Shown: positions 61,760-64,000 of the stretch, in pieces
Numbering within the stretch: position 1 is the first letter of the stretch
Layout: every line of letters starts with the position of its first letter
Assembly (NCBI RefSeq): GCF_009914755.1
Contig: NC_060928.1
Direction: 5' to 3' (one strand)
DNA from: the human T2T-CHM13v2.0 reference genome, Homo sapiens
Length of the DNA stretch: 64,000 nt
Translations under genes and position numbers: made by a program
Notes under the pieces: generated by a model
Databases searched by the model: none
What the model was told of the DNA's origin: nothing
The model's input: only the letters and a program-made list of their open reading frames with translations

Positions 61760-64000
61760 ATAATATTTTGTAATTATTTGCCCTTAGTATTCTACTTTAA
61801 GCATGAAAGTGCATGTTCTTTGAATATGGTGTTTTTTTCTGGCCCCCTTCACTATAGAATCTACCACTTAGTAGTGTGTCAACTAGATATTGACCTTTAA
61901 TTATTACTGATTATTGCTGATGTTGGTGATTAAAGAATGACTAAAAAGTGATACTCGTGATAAAATTGGAGAGAAAGAAATAAAGAAGGAATTTTGGTAA
62001 GAATGAAAAAAGGAAAGTAAGAGAACTGTTTTGTATGTGATTTACTGCAACTGATTACGTGAAAGTTGAAAGTGGTTCTACTATCCGGCCTTTAATCTTT
62101 TTTAAAAGAGCCTACACTGACTTGGAAATGGGTGAACTGATACAGAGAAAAACTGAGGGGAGGATACTGGTGTCAAAGGACTCACTTGCCTTCCATCTGT
62201 AATTGCAGGATTATCTGCCATGCTTCCAGAAACGGGAGCAAGTGAGAGAAAGGGGAAGACAGATGGCTTCTTGGTCTCCCTGCTGTGCCTAGATGATTGT
62301 ACATTTTAGAGGGAAAAAAATTAATAATCTGATTTTTTAAATCCTCACCCACACTTGATCCTCAGCTAAATATTTTTGAAAGTGACACTTTTAGGTTAAC
62401 TTTCATTTCTTTCGATTACACTACCCTCTGCTCCAGTTTTTAGTTGAGATTTCAAAGGTCATGCTCCAAAAAAAGCACTTTATTGTGATATTCTGAGTCA
62501 AAATTAAAGTGAAAAATTGTGACTAGTCTCATAGGAACTCCTAAGGGAGCAAGGCTTTGTCTTCTTTTAAACACAGTATGTTTGAGGGAACTTCAAAGGT
62601 TGTAGAATAAAAATTAATTTTGAAATCACATAAAATTCTTATCTCTACCCTAAGTAATCTGAAGAGTTTTCTACTTCTACTCAAAAGTCCTATAATTGTT
62701 GGAAAATTAAGGCTACAATGCAATTTAAGGTAATTTGGAAACAAATACGTTCATATAACTGAGGGGAAAAATGATGGTGCTGAAGTGGTTTTCGTGATTT
62801 TCTCGTTTATCCTCACACAGTATATGGTAGCATGTTGTTATAGTGAGCAGGTGGGCAGGTAAAGAAATGATACCAGTTAAGTAATACATTTTCCAGTTGT
62901 CATTCTGCTGTTGCCAATAATTACTTGATTTTTTCTTAAAGAAGCCTATTTAACATTTTGAGTTTGGGGATTACAATCATGTACTTAAAGTTAAAACTCA
63001 TTTTAGTCAAGTAACAGGAAAGAAGCATTATGATTAAATTATGCTTAACCCTGGCTTTCATAAACTCATCAATATTATTTGTTCAATTTGAGTTAAATTG
63101 TACATGTAAACTCATATTTCTACACAAATATAGAGTGAAAGCAGTTGTCACCTCCCCTAGTTTCATTAACACTCTCATAGTTAAATGGAAATCAAATTAT
63201 TTACAACTATCATCTCCATCTCTCACTGGTCTGTCTCTTATTTTTGGTCATCATTGGCAATTAAGATTTCCCTTACTGTCAGCATCAACATTTTCCTATA
63301 GCTAAATACAGCATTCTTCTTAGACGCTTAGCTCTGTGCTAAGAGCAGATGATCACTTTGGGTTTTTCCGCTATCCCACTTCTAAAATTAAAACAAAAAC
63401 TAAAACAAAAAACAATGTCTCATTTTGGTGTTAATAATTTGATATGTATATTTAAAAAGGCTTGGGGACTAGGCCAACACCCACCTCCTCTTCACCCTGA
63501 GAAGTGCCTCTACTACAGAACCACAGATACTAGCCAGCGAGGTTTGTGACTTTTCTATGAGGACATGACCTTGTCCCTCAGTCCAGCTTACCTAACAGGG
63601 GCTGTCAGTCAACTGCTTAGAAACATCACTATTGTGTCTGCTGTATTCTCATTGCTGATTTTATGGGATTTAAGGTGATAAGCCTAATCCTTAACAGGAG
63701 CAGTCAGTGCTATACACTCAGTGTATCGCAAATATTCCCATCACCAAAATAAGCCTCCAAGGGAGCTCATCGATCAACTTTCTGTTATTTTCCACTGCCT
63801 CTGAACTGGTGGGCCCTTGAGACATCCTGTATACCTGGATCTCCTATCTTCTATATGCAGGTTGTGGGGAGCCAGGAGTATATTTCACATTTTTGCTACT
63901 CTATTGGACCAAGGTTCGAACTTCCTTTGCCTATTTTTTTTCTCTTAAGCCAACTACTACTCCTAAGTCTTGCTGCCTTTTGGGATCTGAAAGTCAAAAG

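Overview
Primate (most likely human) AT-rich, repeat-dense genomic DNA with no intact protein-coding gene, RNA gene or CRISPR array that I can support. Most of the window is nested transposon fossils: five large L1s (a 5'-inverted L1MA at 1.5-4.1 kb, a near full-length old L1PA/PB at 8.8-15.8 kb, L1MA2 at 25.5-30.9 kb, a young L1PA at 45.8-50.0 kb and an internally deleted L1PA at 57.4-61.8 kb), six Alus, many solo LTRs, L2/MIR relics, a MER30 and microsatellites. The only host-gene-derived sequence is a full-length, intronless, poly(A)-tailed processed pseudogene of PMPCA (mitochondrial processing peptidase alpha; probably PMPCAP1) on the minus strand at ~28463-30597, inserted into the 3' UTR of the L1MA2. 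I found no convincing new biological system. The most unusual signals are mutational scars: (i) several locally templated lesions inside the retrocopy (a 34-bp copy from 439 bp away, a fold-back palindrome, a slippage duplication); (ii) a two-template complex insertion at 38686-39001 (262-bp direct copy plus ~53-bp inverted copy that preserves a short form of a nearby microsatellite); (iii) twin-primed L1s, one with a candidate 3' transduction; (iv) an ORF1-less L1PA with intact TSDs; (v) a possible APOBEC3 footprint in a solo LTR. Repeat subfamily names and parent-gene comparisons rest on remembered consensus sequences and need confirmation by alignment.
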